This document shows positions 50,501 to 60,942 of a DNA stretch of 64,000 bases, in pieces; the first letter of the stretch is position 1; every line of letters begins with the position of its first letter. The notes under the pieces were generated by a model, which made no database searches, was not told the origin of the DNA, and saw only the letters and a program-made list of their open reading frames with translations. The position numbers and the translations under genes were made by a program. The stretch is from Monocercomonoides exilis PA203. Taxonomy: Eukaryota; Protista; Preaxostyla. The stretch lies in contig LSRY02000005.1 of assembly GCA_001643675.2 (NCBI GenBank), forward strand, positions 1,984,001 to 2,048,000. Direction: 5' to 3'.

Positions 50501-53500
50501 TTCTCTTCAAAATCCATTGTCAGAATTGACATTTCTATTCCTATCAGTTGAATCAGGAATCCTGATAATCGACAAATTTTCTGCTTCATCTATCACTGTG
50601 AATGAAAATCCATTGATCTCATTGTCTGGAAGTGATTCAAAGGAGGAGTTAGCGAGCACTCAGTGGCTGAAAATGACGAAAAGCAATTTCACAAAAATAG
50701 AAAGAGAAGATGGAAGTGGAGGCTGTGTGAGCATAGACAACAGCAATGATGAAAATTCAAATGGTGAAATAAATATTGAAGAGTGCACTTTTGATGATTG
50801 TTGTGTGCTTGCTGATGAAAGCGGAGGAGGGGCTATCAATTCCCAGTTGAAGGGAATCATTCAAATGAATATTATTTCATGCACATTCACAGGATGCACA
50901 GCTCCAGCGGGAGAAGAGAAGAATGGGGTTGGGGGAGGGCTGGCGCTGAAGTTAATCGATGGCGATTCTTCGTTTGTGATCTCGTCCCCTGTTTTTGATG
51001 CAGACAAGCCAAATGTTGCGAAATATGGAAATGATCTTTTTGTTGAGTCATTCAACTTGACAAAGAGCATCACAAACACCTCACTTCCATTTGTATCTGA
51101 GCATTTAAATGACATTTCATTGAATTCAATGAGAGGATTTGATGGAAGTGATAGGGCAAATGCCATTCCACTGATCTATTTCTGGCGAAGATTTGGCTCA
51201 GAGATAGTTGTTGGGGGTGATGGAAAAGATGTGTGCATTTGTGGACTTTCAGATTATCCTTGCCTGTCAATCGATCATTCATTAACGAGATTGCCTGAAG
51301 GAAACGAAAGGAATATCAAGATCAATGGAAAAGGAATTCTTCAAAAGAGTATCAATCTCGGTGGGGTGATGATAAAATCGGAAGATAACGACGTGTGCTC
51401 ACTGGAGTGTGTTTCATCGCTTGAAGGAGAAATAGGCGCAGCAATGAAGATTCAGGGAATCACGCATTTCGAGCTGGTAAACTTTGTAATGCCATCATAC
51501 TTCACAAGAGGAGTCAATGTTTTGTTGTATATTGACTCAAGCGAGGGATTGTTAACTGTGAAAGACTGCTCATTCACAAAAAATGAAGAAAATGGTGTGG
51601 AAGAGATTATGAATCATGGGCTAATCAAAGCAGATGGAGGTTCAGTGGTGTTGGAATTGGTGACAATGCAATCACTCGGCTTTTCACATGATGTTATTTC
51701 TGTGTTATCAACAACGATTTTGAACATTTATAATCTAACGATGAAAAATATTGAGCTGGAAGGGGCAAGCTGGTTGAACGTTGCAAAGAACCCAATTAGA
51801 GAGAATAGAGAAAAAAAAGAAGATGAACAAGATATTATTATTGAGTGGAGTATATTCGAAGAAGTTGCCCAGAATACAACAGATGATATTCCCATCATTC
51901 GAAACAACGATGACAAGCCTTTGAAAATGGGAATTCGAAACACAACGATGAAGAGATGCGGAGGAACGAAGTGTGGAAAAGGAGGAGGGATGTTTTGTAT
52001 GTTGAATGAGGGAGGAAGCTTTGACTGCTCTTTTTGCACGATTTCTGAGTGCTTCTGCTCCACCACGGGAAGAGGTGGCTGGCTGTTTCTGGAATGCGCC
52101 TCGACAGCTGAGCAGCCTCTGAATTTTGTTCTGTCGAACATCACATTCAGAGACAACTCTGCATTCAGAGGGAGAGATGTGTATGTGAAATGCCATTCGA
52201 TTGAAACACAAATTGTTGATGAGCAATTCTTGTTGGATTTCAGATTGCCATTTGTGAAAGAGCTGGCGATGTGGGGCTGCACAACAGATTCGTTTGTGGG
52301 GGAAGAAGATCTTTTATTAAGGGTTGTGAAATACCAGAGCGAGACAATATTTGTGTCTTCTGTTGCAGAGAATCATTCAGACAGCAAGCAATGTGGTGAG
52401 TTCAGCATGCCATGCAACTCATTGAATGATGGTGTTCTGCACGTCATTCCATCGTTATTCTCACAGCTGTTGATCTTAGAGGAAACAGGCATCGTTGAGA
52501 AATGTGATGTTCATGATGTGATTATTCGTTCACTGCAATCTCCTTCATCCGCTTTGGTGTATCTAAATTCAACAATAATCAATGAGGGAAGTCTTATCAC
52601 AACCACAGAGAAAGTTCGAATTGAGAGTGTGAAATTCAACATTGGCCAGTTGTTTTCGTATTTGGGCAGTTCAATCATTCATGAAGCAAATGGCCAATTA
52701 TCTCTTTTGTTTGTTTATTTTTCTTTTGTTGGGGAGTCAAATTACATTGAAACTGTTGTTCTCAATTCAACCTTGTTTAGCGTCGAAAATGGAATTCTTC
52801 AAATTGATAACTGCTCAATAATTATGCTTTCATTCAAGAAGCCTTCATTTTTGCTAAGTGGAGATGAGATTTCTCTGACAAACTTGAAACTCGAAAATAT
52901 TGAAGCAATGGCAAATGTGTTTGTTATTACAAACTGCAAAGAAGTTGTATTCAATGGAGTATCTGCAGATGGAGTGAAATTGTTTAAAGGCTGCGTCCTT
53001 TCAATTAACGATTCAACTTCAGGAACATTCTCTCTTGTTGATTCATCATTCAACAACTGTTCGAGGAACTCAGAAGGAGCTTCTGTTTTTTCTGCTTCTT
53101 CAACTTCTGCTCAAATAATGCTTTCTAATTGCACTTGTTCAAACTGTTATTCCGTGTCTGACAAAGGACGCATCATGGAATTTGACAACATGACTGACGT
53201 TTCCATGCACATGTGTGAGCTTGAAGGAATTCTTACAAAAGAAAGCGAAAGAGAAAGAAATAAAGATTTTAAAGAAATATGTGAATGGAGTGGATCGCTT
53301 GTCCATTCTAATAATTCTTCATTGATGATGAAAGATGTGACAATATTGAATTCTTCAATAGGTGGATTATCCATTTTTTCTGGCAAAATGACGATCGAGA
53401 AAGGAGAGTTTTTGAACAACAATCCTTTCATTGAAAAATACCCTTCGCTTCGCCGAAACGTCATTTGCTCAGATTCTGCTTCACTGACCATTTCCAGCTT

Positions 53501-55304
53501 GAAAGGGGGAGATGGGCAAGAGAAGAATACTTCTCTTTGGATTTTGAATGATGAATGCATCCTTGGGGCAATAGCGGGAGAAAGATCATCTCCTTTCTTT
53601 ATTCCAAAGCTCGAAGAGGCATCTCTCATCGAAAATGGAAACAATATTTCAATAAAATTCAAGGGATCTCTTCTTTTTCCTTGTGATTTATCATTTAGAC
53701 TGGTGTATAAAATAGGGGATGTGGAGTTGGTTGAGATATATCAGTTTGAGATTGATGATTTTGTGTCTGAAGATGAAGTGATTGGAACAATCCCTTCAGA
53801 AAATATAACTATAATTGCAGATGAAACAGAGGTGTCAGTGACGATTCTGTTTGGAAAACAATCGGCAGAGACTTTTCCGCAGATTCTGATGAACAAAACA
53901 GATCCAAAGACTGGAAATGAAAAAGTGGTTGAAAGTGGAAAAGAAGGAAAATCATATTTGTTGTTGATTGTGATTATTATGGCAGTTATTCTTTTGATTG
54001 TTTTGATTGTATCAATAATATTCATTGTCAGATGGAGAAAACAGAAGAGAAGAACAGAAGAATTAGAAGAGATTGTGAATGACAACATCAGAAAGGATCC
54101 GAAGCTGATTGAGATGGTAACGATGGAGATGTTACCTGAAGAAAAATGGAGGAGAGCAGAGAGAGAAGCCGAAAAGAAGAACGATGAGAGGATTAAGAAG
54201 AGAGTTTATGAGAAAAGCTTTGGACATTCAGAGTCATCAGAACATTTGCTGAGTGAATGTGGATCAACTGAATACATCCTTGGAAGAGATTCAGACAAAA
54301 TCCCTGATTGGGTATTGGAGAAAGATGAGGAAGAAGAGATAAGGAAGAGAACACCATCGCCATCAATATCTTCGACATGTTCAACTGATTCAGATTCAAC
54401 TTTTGTTCGCATGGAAGATGCTTGTCCTACCACCTCGTCGATGTCGAATCTGGTGGATGCGATGGCATGCTCATCACCTTATGAGAAGCTGATTGTGGAT
54501 TTGAGGGATTCATTGTTCATGCTCCTGCATGGAAAGAATGAGAAGAAGGAGATGGCAATAGGCACTCTCCAGGAGAGAGAAATGACAGCTGCCCAAATCC
54601 TGTTCTGGGTGGCTAATCTTGCACTCCACTCATTTGATGATATGGAAAATCCTCTTTCTTCACTTGCCAGCCTCAGTCCTCACATTGTGTTGTTCTCGGA
54701 GCATATGGTGATCTGCATTGCGATGCACTCAGATTTCCTTTCATCTGACGATTCCGATTCATCTTCCTTGTCTTCAATGACCATTGTTTCTTCTTCCTCG
54801 AATGCCTCTGTTCTGAGCGAGAGGTTCACAGACTCGCCTCCGCCCTCGTCAGCGTTTGAGGATGAAGATGATTACAAAAAGGAATGTCTGCGATGGATGG
54901 CACCAGAGCTGCTGATCAACAAGAAGATGGGAGCAACAAAGGAATCGGTTGTGTTCTCGATCGGGATGATGCTTTGGGAGTGTGTGACACTCCAGATCCC
55001 ATTTGGAGAGTATGAGGCAGAGATTGCTGCACAGAAGATTGTGAATGGGGAGAGGACGAGGCTGGAACTGGCAGAGGAATCGGGACTGTTTGTAGTGATG
55101 CAGAGCTGTCTTTCGGCAAAGGCTGAGGGGCGTCCCACGCTGATAGAGCTGAAACGAACATTTTTTGGACAGTTTCCTGCTGAGGCGAAGGTGATGACGA
55201 TGACAGATGCGATATGCTGTGAGGAATCAGAGGAAAAGGGCAAACAAACAAGGGACAGTAGATCTGCTTCTACGAGCACGAGTGATAAAACAAAATTACG
55301 ATAA
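47502..55304 (+). CDS. 2600-aa type I membrane protein: Cys-rich beta-helix (GGA/PMP-like) ectodomain, TM helix, degenerate kinase C-lobe
   Basis: Hydrophobic N-terminus; GGAI, GGGM and N.A..GGG repeats; four CG....PC motifs; TM segment LLLIVIIMAVILLIVLIVSIIFIV (~53958-54029) followed by RWRKQKRR; tail RWMAPE, VFSIGMMLWEC..IPF, RPTL. No introns. Confidence 0.88.
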   Translation: MILMMAFFVFYCICRNKITWFCKEDESLEEHSLKIISQKYFNFKPSLKQETTENKETLVPFDNKGCWRKICIQQINPLSSCESAIAGKWKMKNATISLIGIFFEHSSFHNLFTIDRSSFVTIFSSVLMRSANSPVSFDNHESTLSFNNFSLREKSKSEFVQYICFVKGKFSAIKIDNCAFCDLRFRGSGMVCAVDAHSCNIKNSIMCNITREGKLARKFYSHSVERKIKESSIENCQLISTEKAFFGTVIFGLKGAARFHCKNTSVIGNRYHNDGYTSQSRMNTSDSISLSNSEWIDCNSTSHGGAISITGNSASMLNLSNCFFQSDIAEHGRGGAIYAGTISNIFITDSTFQLCKAPDGNYDEAGGAVCLTYPQTTYVFSNDSIESCFTGNDGGGMSIDRKTTITGNDIIKDCSIVNCSTSNDNSPYGGGFHIWRMSVLPLITNCLFVKNFARDGGGGICLYVYTQQTECILFFCFFHENVASRGCDVLLNEQKSNSIDLSCCSTRANDIRVCNSTMETIDKSEWLRNDYGSVRFVSSTETKTCAKDTFACGINESHPCRTISHCMTQLIPEFVKDIEVLTGMITETKSVDCGVNTFTIYGQCDFTATIQTEFEESDLSLFSVSKGKLTVRDLALVHDSAHPNNRGSRLFEISGAGGMRVSRLNISFGSGRSTETAFTTELINVQSGMLQMENVNWAKTISTVSLFSLSSTNEISLTLSECTFDGIERATNGAAVISFSNDKINIKLNSCSFSGCGSTGSENGGSMMLCAGNENEVKVKGGSFDECYCSASNGLGGGILLQLLNANPNFLISSSFGTNTAKWGRDIFVISPNLEETAKSENITCVTDSLDSFDKVRGYNNGNTTVAIPLCIYLLPTPEEIYVSNTEASNHSHCGIVQFPCLTMKHSVTRQIGPKKVIVNGMILMSDELAFADQKHSIRGSDEISGWTVSDASSTSNSAMISASTETELSKLIFSLPSSLPLHSTFILSSLSVVISQCSLSLQNPLSELTFLFLSVESGILIIDKFSASSITVNENPLISLSGSDSKEELASTQWLKMTKSNFTKIEREDGSGGCVSIDNSNDENSNGEINIEECTFDDCCVLADESGGGAINSQLKGIIQMNIISCTFTGCTAPAGEEKNGVGGGLALKLIDGDSSFVISSPVFDADKPNVAKYGNDLFVESFNLTKSITNTSLPFVSEHLNDISLNSMRGFDGSDRANAIPLIYFWRRFGSEIVVGGDGKDVCICGLSDYPCLSIDHSLTRLPEGNERNIKINGKGILQKSINLGGVMIKSEDNDVCSLECVSSLEGEIGAAMKIQGITHFELVNFVMPSYFTRGVNVLLYIDSSEGLLTVKDCSFTKNEENGVEEIMNHGLIKADGGSVVLELVTMQSLGFSHDVISVLSTTILNIYNLTMKNIELEGASWLNVAKNPIRENREKKEDEQDIIIEWSIFEEVAQNTTDDIPIIRNNDDKPLKMGIRNTTMKRCGGTKCGKGGGMFCMLNEGGSFDCSFCTISECFCSTTGRGGWLFLECASTAEQPLNFVLSNITFRDNSAFRGRDVYVKCHSIETQIVDEQFLLDFRLPFVKELAMWGCTTDSFVGEEDLLLRVVKYQSETIFVSSVAENHSDSKQCGEFSMPCNSLNDGVLHVIPSLFSQLLILEETGIVEKCDVHDVIIRSLQSPSSALVYLNSTIINEGSLITTTEKVRIESVKFNIGQLFSYLGSSIIHEANGQLSLLFVYFSFVGESNYIETVVLNSTLFSVENGILQIDNCSIIMLSFKKPSFLLSGDEISLTNLKLENIEAMANVFVITNCKEVVFNGVSADGVKLFKGCVLSINDSTSGTFSLVDSSFNNCSRNSEGASVFSASSTSAQIMLSNCTCSNCYSVSDKGRIMEFDNMTDVSMHMCELEGILTKESERERNKDFKEICEWSGSLVHSNNSSLMMKDVTILNSSIGGLSIFSGKMTIEKGEFLNNNPFIEKYPSLRRNVICSDSASLTISSLKGGDGQEKNTSLWILNDECILGAIAGERSSPFFIPKLEEASLIENGNNISIKFKGSLLFPCDLSFRLVYKIGDVELVEIYQFEIDDFVSEDEVIGTIPSENITIIADETEVSVTILFGKQSAETFPQILMNKTDPKTGNEKVVESGKEGKSYLLLIVIIMAVILLIVLIVSIIFIVRWRKQKRRTEELEEIVNDNIRKDPKLIEMVTMEMLPEEKWRRAEREAEKKNDERIKKRVYEKSFGHSESSEHLLSECGSTEYILGRDSDKIPDWVLEKDEEEEIRKRTPSPSISSTCSTDSDSTFVRMEDACPTTSSMSNLVDAMACSSPYEKLIVDLRDSLFMLLHGKNEKKEMAIGTLQEREMTAAQILFWVANLALHSFDDMENPLSSLASLSPHIVLFSEHMVICIAMHSDFLSSDDSDSSSLSSMTIVSSSSNASVLSERFTDSPPPSSAFEDEDDYKKECLRWMAPELLINKKMGATKESVVFSIGMMLWECVTLQIPFGEYEAEIAAQKIVNGERTRLELAEESGLFVVMQSCLSAKAEGRPTLIELKRTFFGQFPAEAKVMTMTDAICCEESEEKGKQTRDSRSASTSTSDKTKLR

Positions 55305-56041
55305 CACAAAATAGGAGAGATAAAGACGATTTATAAAGTCGAGGAGAAAAATTATTCTTTTTTGCTACAAATTTAGTTGTTCTTAACTTATTTATTCTTC
55401 TGCGTTCGTTTTTGATAAAATATTCAATTACCAGAACTTTTTTGTCTCCTCCGCTAATTGTGCGATTTAACTTTAATTGTTGTTGATACTATTTGCAAAG
55501 TTCGAATCTTTGGCACATTCAATTGTAACACCATTTTTTCTGGAGAAGGATCAAAACAGAATTTTGTGGAGCTTTGCTTCTGCGCATCTGCAATCAATTG
55601 TTTAATAATTTCATTCATTCTTTCAATTTTACATCTTTCATATGATTTCACTGAAGCATGTTTTCCGTTCCTCTTCTGTCTTTGAGACGAGAAGACTAAT
55701 CCAGGAGCATTGAAGGAGTTTCTTTGCAAACGATCTTGATTCCTTTTGAAAGAAAGTGATCCTTACCTTTTTACAAATTCCTCAAGCTTCTCCGGTAATT
55801 GCTCTTTCTTTCTCTTTAATTTCAAATTACATATTCATAAACTTATTGTTTTAAAGAAACTGTAAATATGTTCAAAAAGACAAATAATGGTTAATCGAAA
55901 GAAAATGAAATTATTTTTTTCACTGAAAATGTAAAATTGTTTACAAAAAAAAAAAAAAAAAAGAAAGAAAGAAAGAAAAAAAACGAAATTTAAAATTTAA
56001 AAACTAAACAATTAAATTTTAAACAGAAAGTCTAATTACCT

Positions 56042-57312
56042 TCAGGGATCTTCATGAATCATAACCTTTTCGGATCCAATTGCGAATTCAGATTTGATGC
56101 TATCCAAAAGTAATTTATTTCTTGTGTCAAGTTCTTCGATAGTTTCAGCAAGAAGCTGAATTTCTCCAATAAATGCATTTGAAATATCTTTTGCGACTGA
56201 CAAAAATATTGCACTTTGACTATTTTCAAATTTATTTTTTGAACTGTCGTTTTTTGATTGTGCTTCTTTAGGTTTGTCACTTATCTCCAGTGTCGTTGTT
56301 GTGATCTCTGACTTCATTGGCTCTGTCTTTGTCATTGGCAGGACAGCCATATCTCTTGAAGAACAAGAAGTATGTTCAACGCAAGGCAAACTGCAAAATT
56401 GTTGTTGGATTCTTTCTGTTGAAGTACTGCTCAAAACAGGAAAGCAAGATGGATCAGACATAAGGTTATACTTTTCCATGCATGATTTGAAAATATCCTT
56501 CAGAATAGGTCTGGGCAAGCCATTTAGGGTGTTTTTCAAAAACAATATGCTTTGATCAAAGCATGAAAAATGGTAGTATTTATCTTAAAAAATTTGTGTT
56601 TAATTACATAAAGTGAAAATATTAAAGCATTCTAAACTTGTATCACGCTTATAAAGCAAACCCAATAAAGAGCTTTCCTTTGACTCATTTTTTCCTTGCT
56701 CTTCCGCCATAAATTTATCTTTTCCCGCAAAGCTTTGGTTTGTTTTTTGTTGAACATTAATAATTTTCCACTTCTCTAAAAAGCGATGAATCCTAAAAAA
56801 CAAAAGGAGTGAAAGAATATATATATATATATATATATATGTTTCTTGTTTTTTTAAAACTATTTCGCACTATAAAGGATTCTAACCTCAGAGCAAGGCA
56901 GAAATCACAACAAAAAGATCTTCGCAATGTCGCCAATGAATAATACACATACGGTCTTGAATAAAATGATTCGACCATATGATTACGAATTCGAATGTAT
57001 CTACAAACAATTTTGAAAATATCTCAATTTATTCAAAAAATACTAACAAGAACAACAAACTCTTCTTCTCTTTCTCCACATTCTTTTTTATCCAAAAATA
57101 TATCCGGAAATGCAATCTGTTCAATGTAATGTACTTTTTCCATAGAAAACCATTCCGCACTTCCAAATATCATTGCATTTTCATCTGAATTATAAAAACA
57201 TAAATATATCATCTTCATGCTCAAAAAAAAGAAGTAGCAAACTTATATTTTTACATTGACTATGTTTGAAGTCCTTTTCTACGAAGGTTGTTTCATCTTT
57301 AGAATCAATCAT
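56042..57312 (-). CDS. SWIRM-domain chromatin protein (SWI3/SMARCC-like), multi-exon; 3' end uncertain
   Basis: Spliced SWIRM: SAEWFSMEKVHYIEQIAFPDIF..YIRIRNHMVESFYSRPYVYYSLATLRR..D..LRIHRFLEKWKIIN. It is followed by a SANT-like end (IQQQFCSLP) and a heptad-like segment. Confidence 0.75.
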
Positions 57313-57740
57313 AAACCTCAGTTGCAAATAACAATTAAAAATGATCGATCCATCGATCTAAAATTTGAAATGGAAAGATCAATTGAAAAATGTTTAACAG
57401 AAAAAATGATTTGTTTTTAAAAATTTCATATTTTTACCATGTGTTATCTATTTTTTGTGAAGAAAATTTAAGATTTAATATAAGAACTTACTTCAAAAGT
57501 TTGAACTTCCACCTGGAAAAGAAAATTTTTTCGTTTTTTTGTTAAAAGTATCAATAGATGAGTTATTTTTTATTTATTTTATTTTATTTTGTTGTTGTTG
57601 TTATACTGTTATATAAAGGATATTACAGATTCTTTCTCTTCTTCATGAATGATCTTTTTTTTCAACTTCAATCTCCCACAATAAATCGCATTAACTAATG
57701 TGAAATCAAGTCATTTGATAAGTTTTTTTCATCATCGGAA

Positions 57741-60689
57741 ATGACTGATATTTCCATTGATAAATTAGAAGAGTCTCAAAGAAAAATTGTTTTATTAGAG
57801 AATGTATCAGAGAACGTTGAATTTGATCAAAAAGAAGGTTTCATTATATTTTTTGGTTGTCTAATTTTTTACAATAATATGATCAGAATGGTCTCCACCG
57901 CAGGTCAACATCCTCATCGAAATGATGAAAGAAATTTTACGTGGAGCTGATCTTTCAAAGCTTGATAGTTTACAATTTTCTAATTGATTCAATCTATATT
58001 CCTTCCAGTACCAATTTTTCTTCTTCATCCATGGTCGCTAACAGAGAGTTTTAGTGACTTTTTAGCATATTCCGATTACTTTTTTAATTGTCTGGACATT
58101 GAAGATCCAATTGATAGAATTGTGAATATTGCTGTTGGGTTCATGTCAGGGTTGCATAATCAATTTCCTGTGATTGCAAGTCCATTAAATCCAACACTTG
58201 GAGAAATATTTCGTTGTTTCTGGGTGCATAAAGATGGCTCTCGTACATGGTTTATTTCTGAAAAAGTTGTTGAGGAACCTCCAACGACAACATTTTATTT
58301 TGAGAATCCCACACATCGAATTACACTTGAAGGAGATACTGCAATTTCATTTTCATTGAAGGGAAATTCTGTGATCGTACATCTTCAAGGGGAAGCAAAG
58401 CTGACAATACCCAAACGCAAAAAGTTATCCCGAAATACATATAAACATGATCTCAGAATCTGCGAAAAAAAGGAGGAATCATTAAATACTTGCCAAATGG
58501 ATGATGATATTGAAACATCTGAGAACAGTGACAATGAAGAAGAAGAATTTGAAGAATACACCCTCAGCTATCCAGGAGTGAGTGTATCAGGACTTTTTAT
58601 TGGAAGATTAGCAATGGAGTTGGTTGGTATGTGCATCGTGCATTCGCCACAGACACAGTACACAGCTAACATAATATTCAAACCCCATGTTTGTCTTTGA
58701 AAAAAATTTTTTAAACAATTTTGAATGGATTCATTAAGACAATAATGCGAAGTGATTTTTTTATTTTGATTTTTTTTGACGTGAGCTTTAAGATTTTTTT
58801 ATTATTATTTTTTGTATTTATTTAATGTATTTTTTGAAATACCTTTTGATTCAGTATTGTCTCACTATTTATTTGTGCATTCATTTTTCAATTTTTATCT
58901 CCATCTGATGCAAATGTTATAATTTGTTATTGTTCATCAGAGAATGTTCCGGAATGATTACCATGAAATTGAAGGCGGTGTTTTTGCGGCAGCCGACGAT
59001 GAACGTGAAAGAAAAGAAAAGAAAGAAGAAAGCTCTGAAATAGAAAAGAAGAAGAAGAAGAAGAAGAAAGAAGCAAAAGAGGATGAGAAGAAAGAAAAGA
59101 AAGGTGCCTCAGAAGGAAGCAAGTATTTTGTCTCTTTTCATGGCAATTGGCACTCACACTTTGACATCATCGACCACAGAGACAAACCTCATTTTGGAGT
59201 GTGCCTTCTTTATTTATATTTATATGTTCTGTTTATTGAATCTTTTACTCATTCTGTTTTGCTTCTGTAATTTTGAATCAAAAAATTTATTTATTTATTT
59301 ATTTTGATATTGTTTTGTGCTATTTTTTCTATTATCAAATCTGCCAATTGCAAAGAATGGCTCTAAAGTCTGCATATTTGATGCACAAAAAGCGCGCCTC
59401 TCAACAAAAATGATTGTTCCACTCGAAAAGCTTCAGCCATTCGAAGGAAGAAGGTTTGTATAGAGCAGCAAAAAAGCTGAACAATTCATTTCATTTCAAA
59501 AAATTTTGGAAAAGCTTATCGCCATCAGATTGTGAATCTTCTCTTTTCATTTATTTTATCCTCTCATTTCCCTCTTTCCTTCATTTATTTCCTTTGATGT
59601 TGCTTCAATTTTCATTTTTCTTTTTCCTTTTCTTTTCGTGATTTATCTACCCTTTTTCTCTTCAAATTGGCAGAGTCTGGAAAGATGTTGTTTCTGCTCT
59701 GCGGTCACACGATTTGGCGGCTGCGCAAAGAGAAAAGAAGAAAGTTGACAGCAAATTTGAGAAGGCAGAAAAAGAGAGGATGAAAAAGAAGACATTTTGG
59801 ATGCAAAGATTCTTTCATTTTGAGGAGGAAAATGAGTTGAGCAAAGAAAAAGAAGAAAAAGAAGATAAAGAAGAAGGGAAAATGGCAAAGAAAAAACAGA
59901 GCAGCAGCAAAGAAAAAGGACAATCGGGGGCAAAAAGAGGGAAGTGGGTGTTTAATTATCATCTTCGCTCGCCTGAAAGAATGAAATATGACAAGAAATT
60001 GAAAGAAAATAGAAGCTTTGAGGTTGAAGAGCCTACATCAGCAAGCCATTTATCAAACAGCCAAACGACAGAGGAAAAAGTGAAAAAAGAAGAAGAAAGA
60101 AAAGAAGGGGATGAGGCAAAGGAAAAAGAGAAAGAGGAAGTGATGGAGAAGAAAGATGAGAAAGACGAGAAAGAAGAAAGCAAAGAAGAAGAAAAGGGAG
60201 AGAAGGAGATAAAGATGAGAAAAACTGATTCGACAGAAAATGAAATGAGAATCCCTCAAATTCTCACCTGCTTCAATGTGCCTGATATGAATGATCTTAT
60301 TCCACAGATCCATTTTGGAGATTTTCTTCCATCGTCATCGTCATCGTCATCATCATCATCTTCTTCTTCTTCTTCAACCTCACCTTCATCAAATCCAACT
60401 TCCAGCACACCAAAATCCAGTAATCATTTCAAAAGTCCAGGTATTTTATAATCTTTGTTTTTGTTGAAATACAATTTAATCCATTTTATTCTGTTTCTTA
60501 TTCGAATTATTGGTATTTATAGGAAGTATAATTCCATCTCTTATGCCAATCTATTCTGCTCCATGGCCAGATATTCCAATACATAAAACCATTCCATCCA
60601 AGATAGAAGATCAAAAACACGAAACAATTCCTACAATAAGTGTTGAAAAAACTACAATTGAAAGTGATAATGAAGGGAAAATGGAATAG
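57741..60689 (+). CDS. Divergent oxysterol-binding protein-related protein (ORP5/8-Osh6/7-like ORD), multi-exon
   Basis: GADLSKLDIPIFLLHPWSL aligns without gaps to GMDLSKVVLPTFILEPRSF. Also DPIDRI, PLNPTLGEIFRC, SEKVVEEPP, GNS, GLFIGRLAMELVG, FKP, GNW and PLEKLQPFEGRRVW. The inferred last exon ends at TAG 60689. Confidence 0.85.
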
Positions 60690-60942
60690 TTATATTATTG
60701 TATCGAACATTATCATTTTTTTTTTTTTTGCTTTTTAAATGTTTTACAAAAATTATTTTATTCGGTTTTTGTAAGCAAAAGAAATTATAACAACAATTTA
60801 CATGAATTTTATAAGAAGTCAACCCTTCAATTAGCGTAAATAAATATTTTTATATTTTTTAGAAAGGATAATTGTGATTTGATCGAAATTTATATTTGTA
60901 GTAAAGGGTAATGATCATACTGCAAAAAAGAGGTTCACAGTT

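Noticed and set aside
55454-55830. Minus-strand 91-aa ORF as extra SWIRM-gene exons or a separate gene
   Set aside because: No consistent splice path or motif was found; it may be a relic or UTR.
42465-60920. GATC-containing promoter motif 30-60 bp upstream of several ATGs
   Set aside because: Seen in only about four genes; a 4-mer is too common to support.
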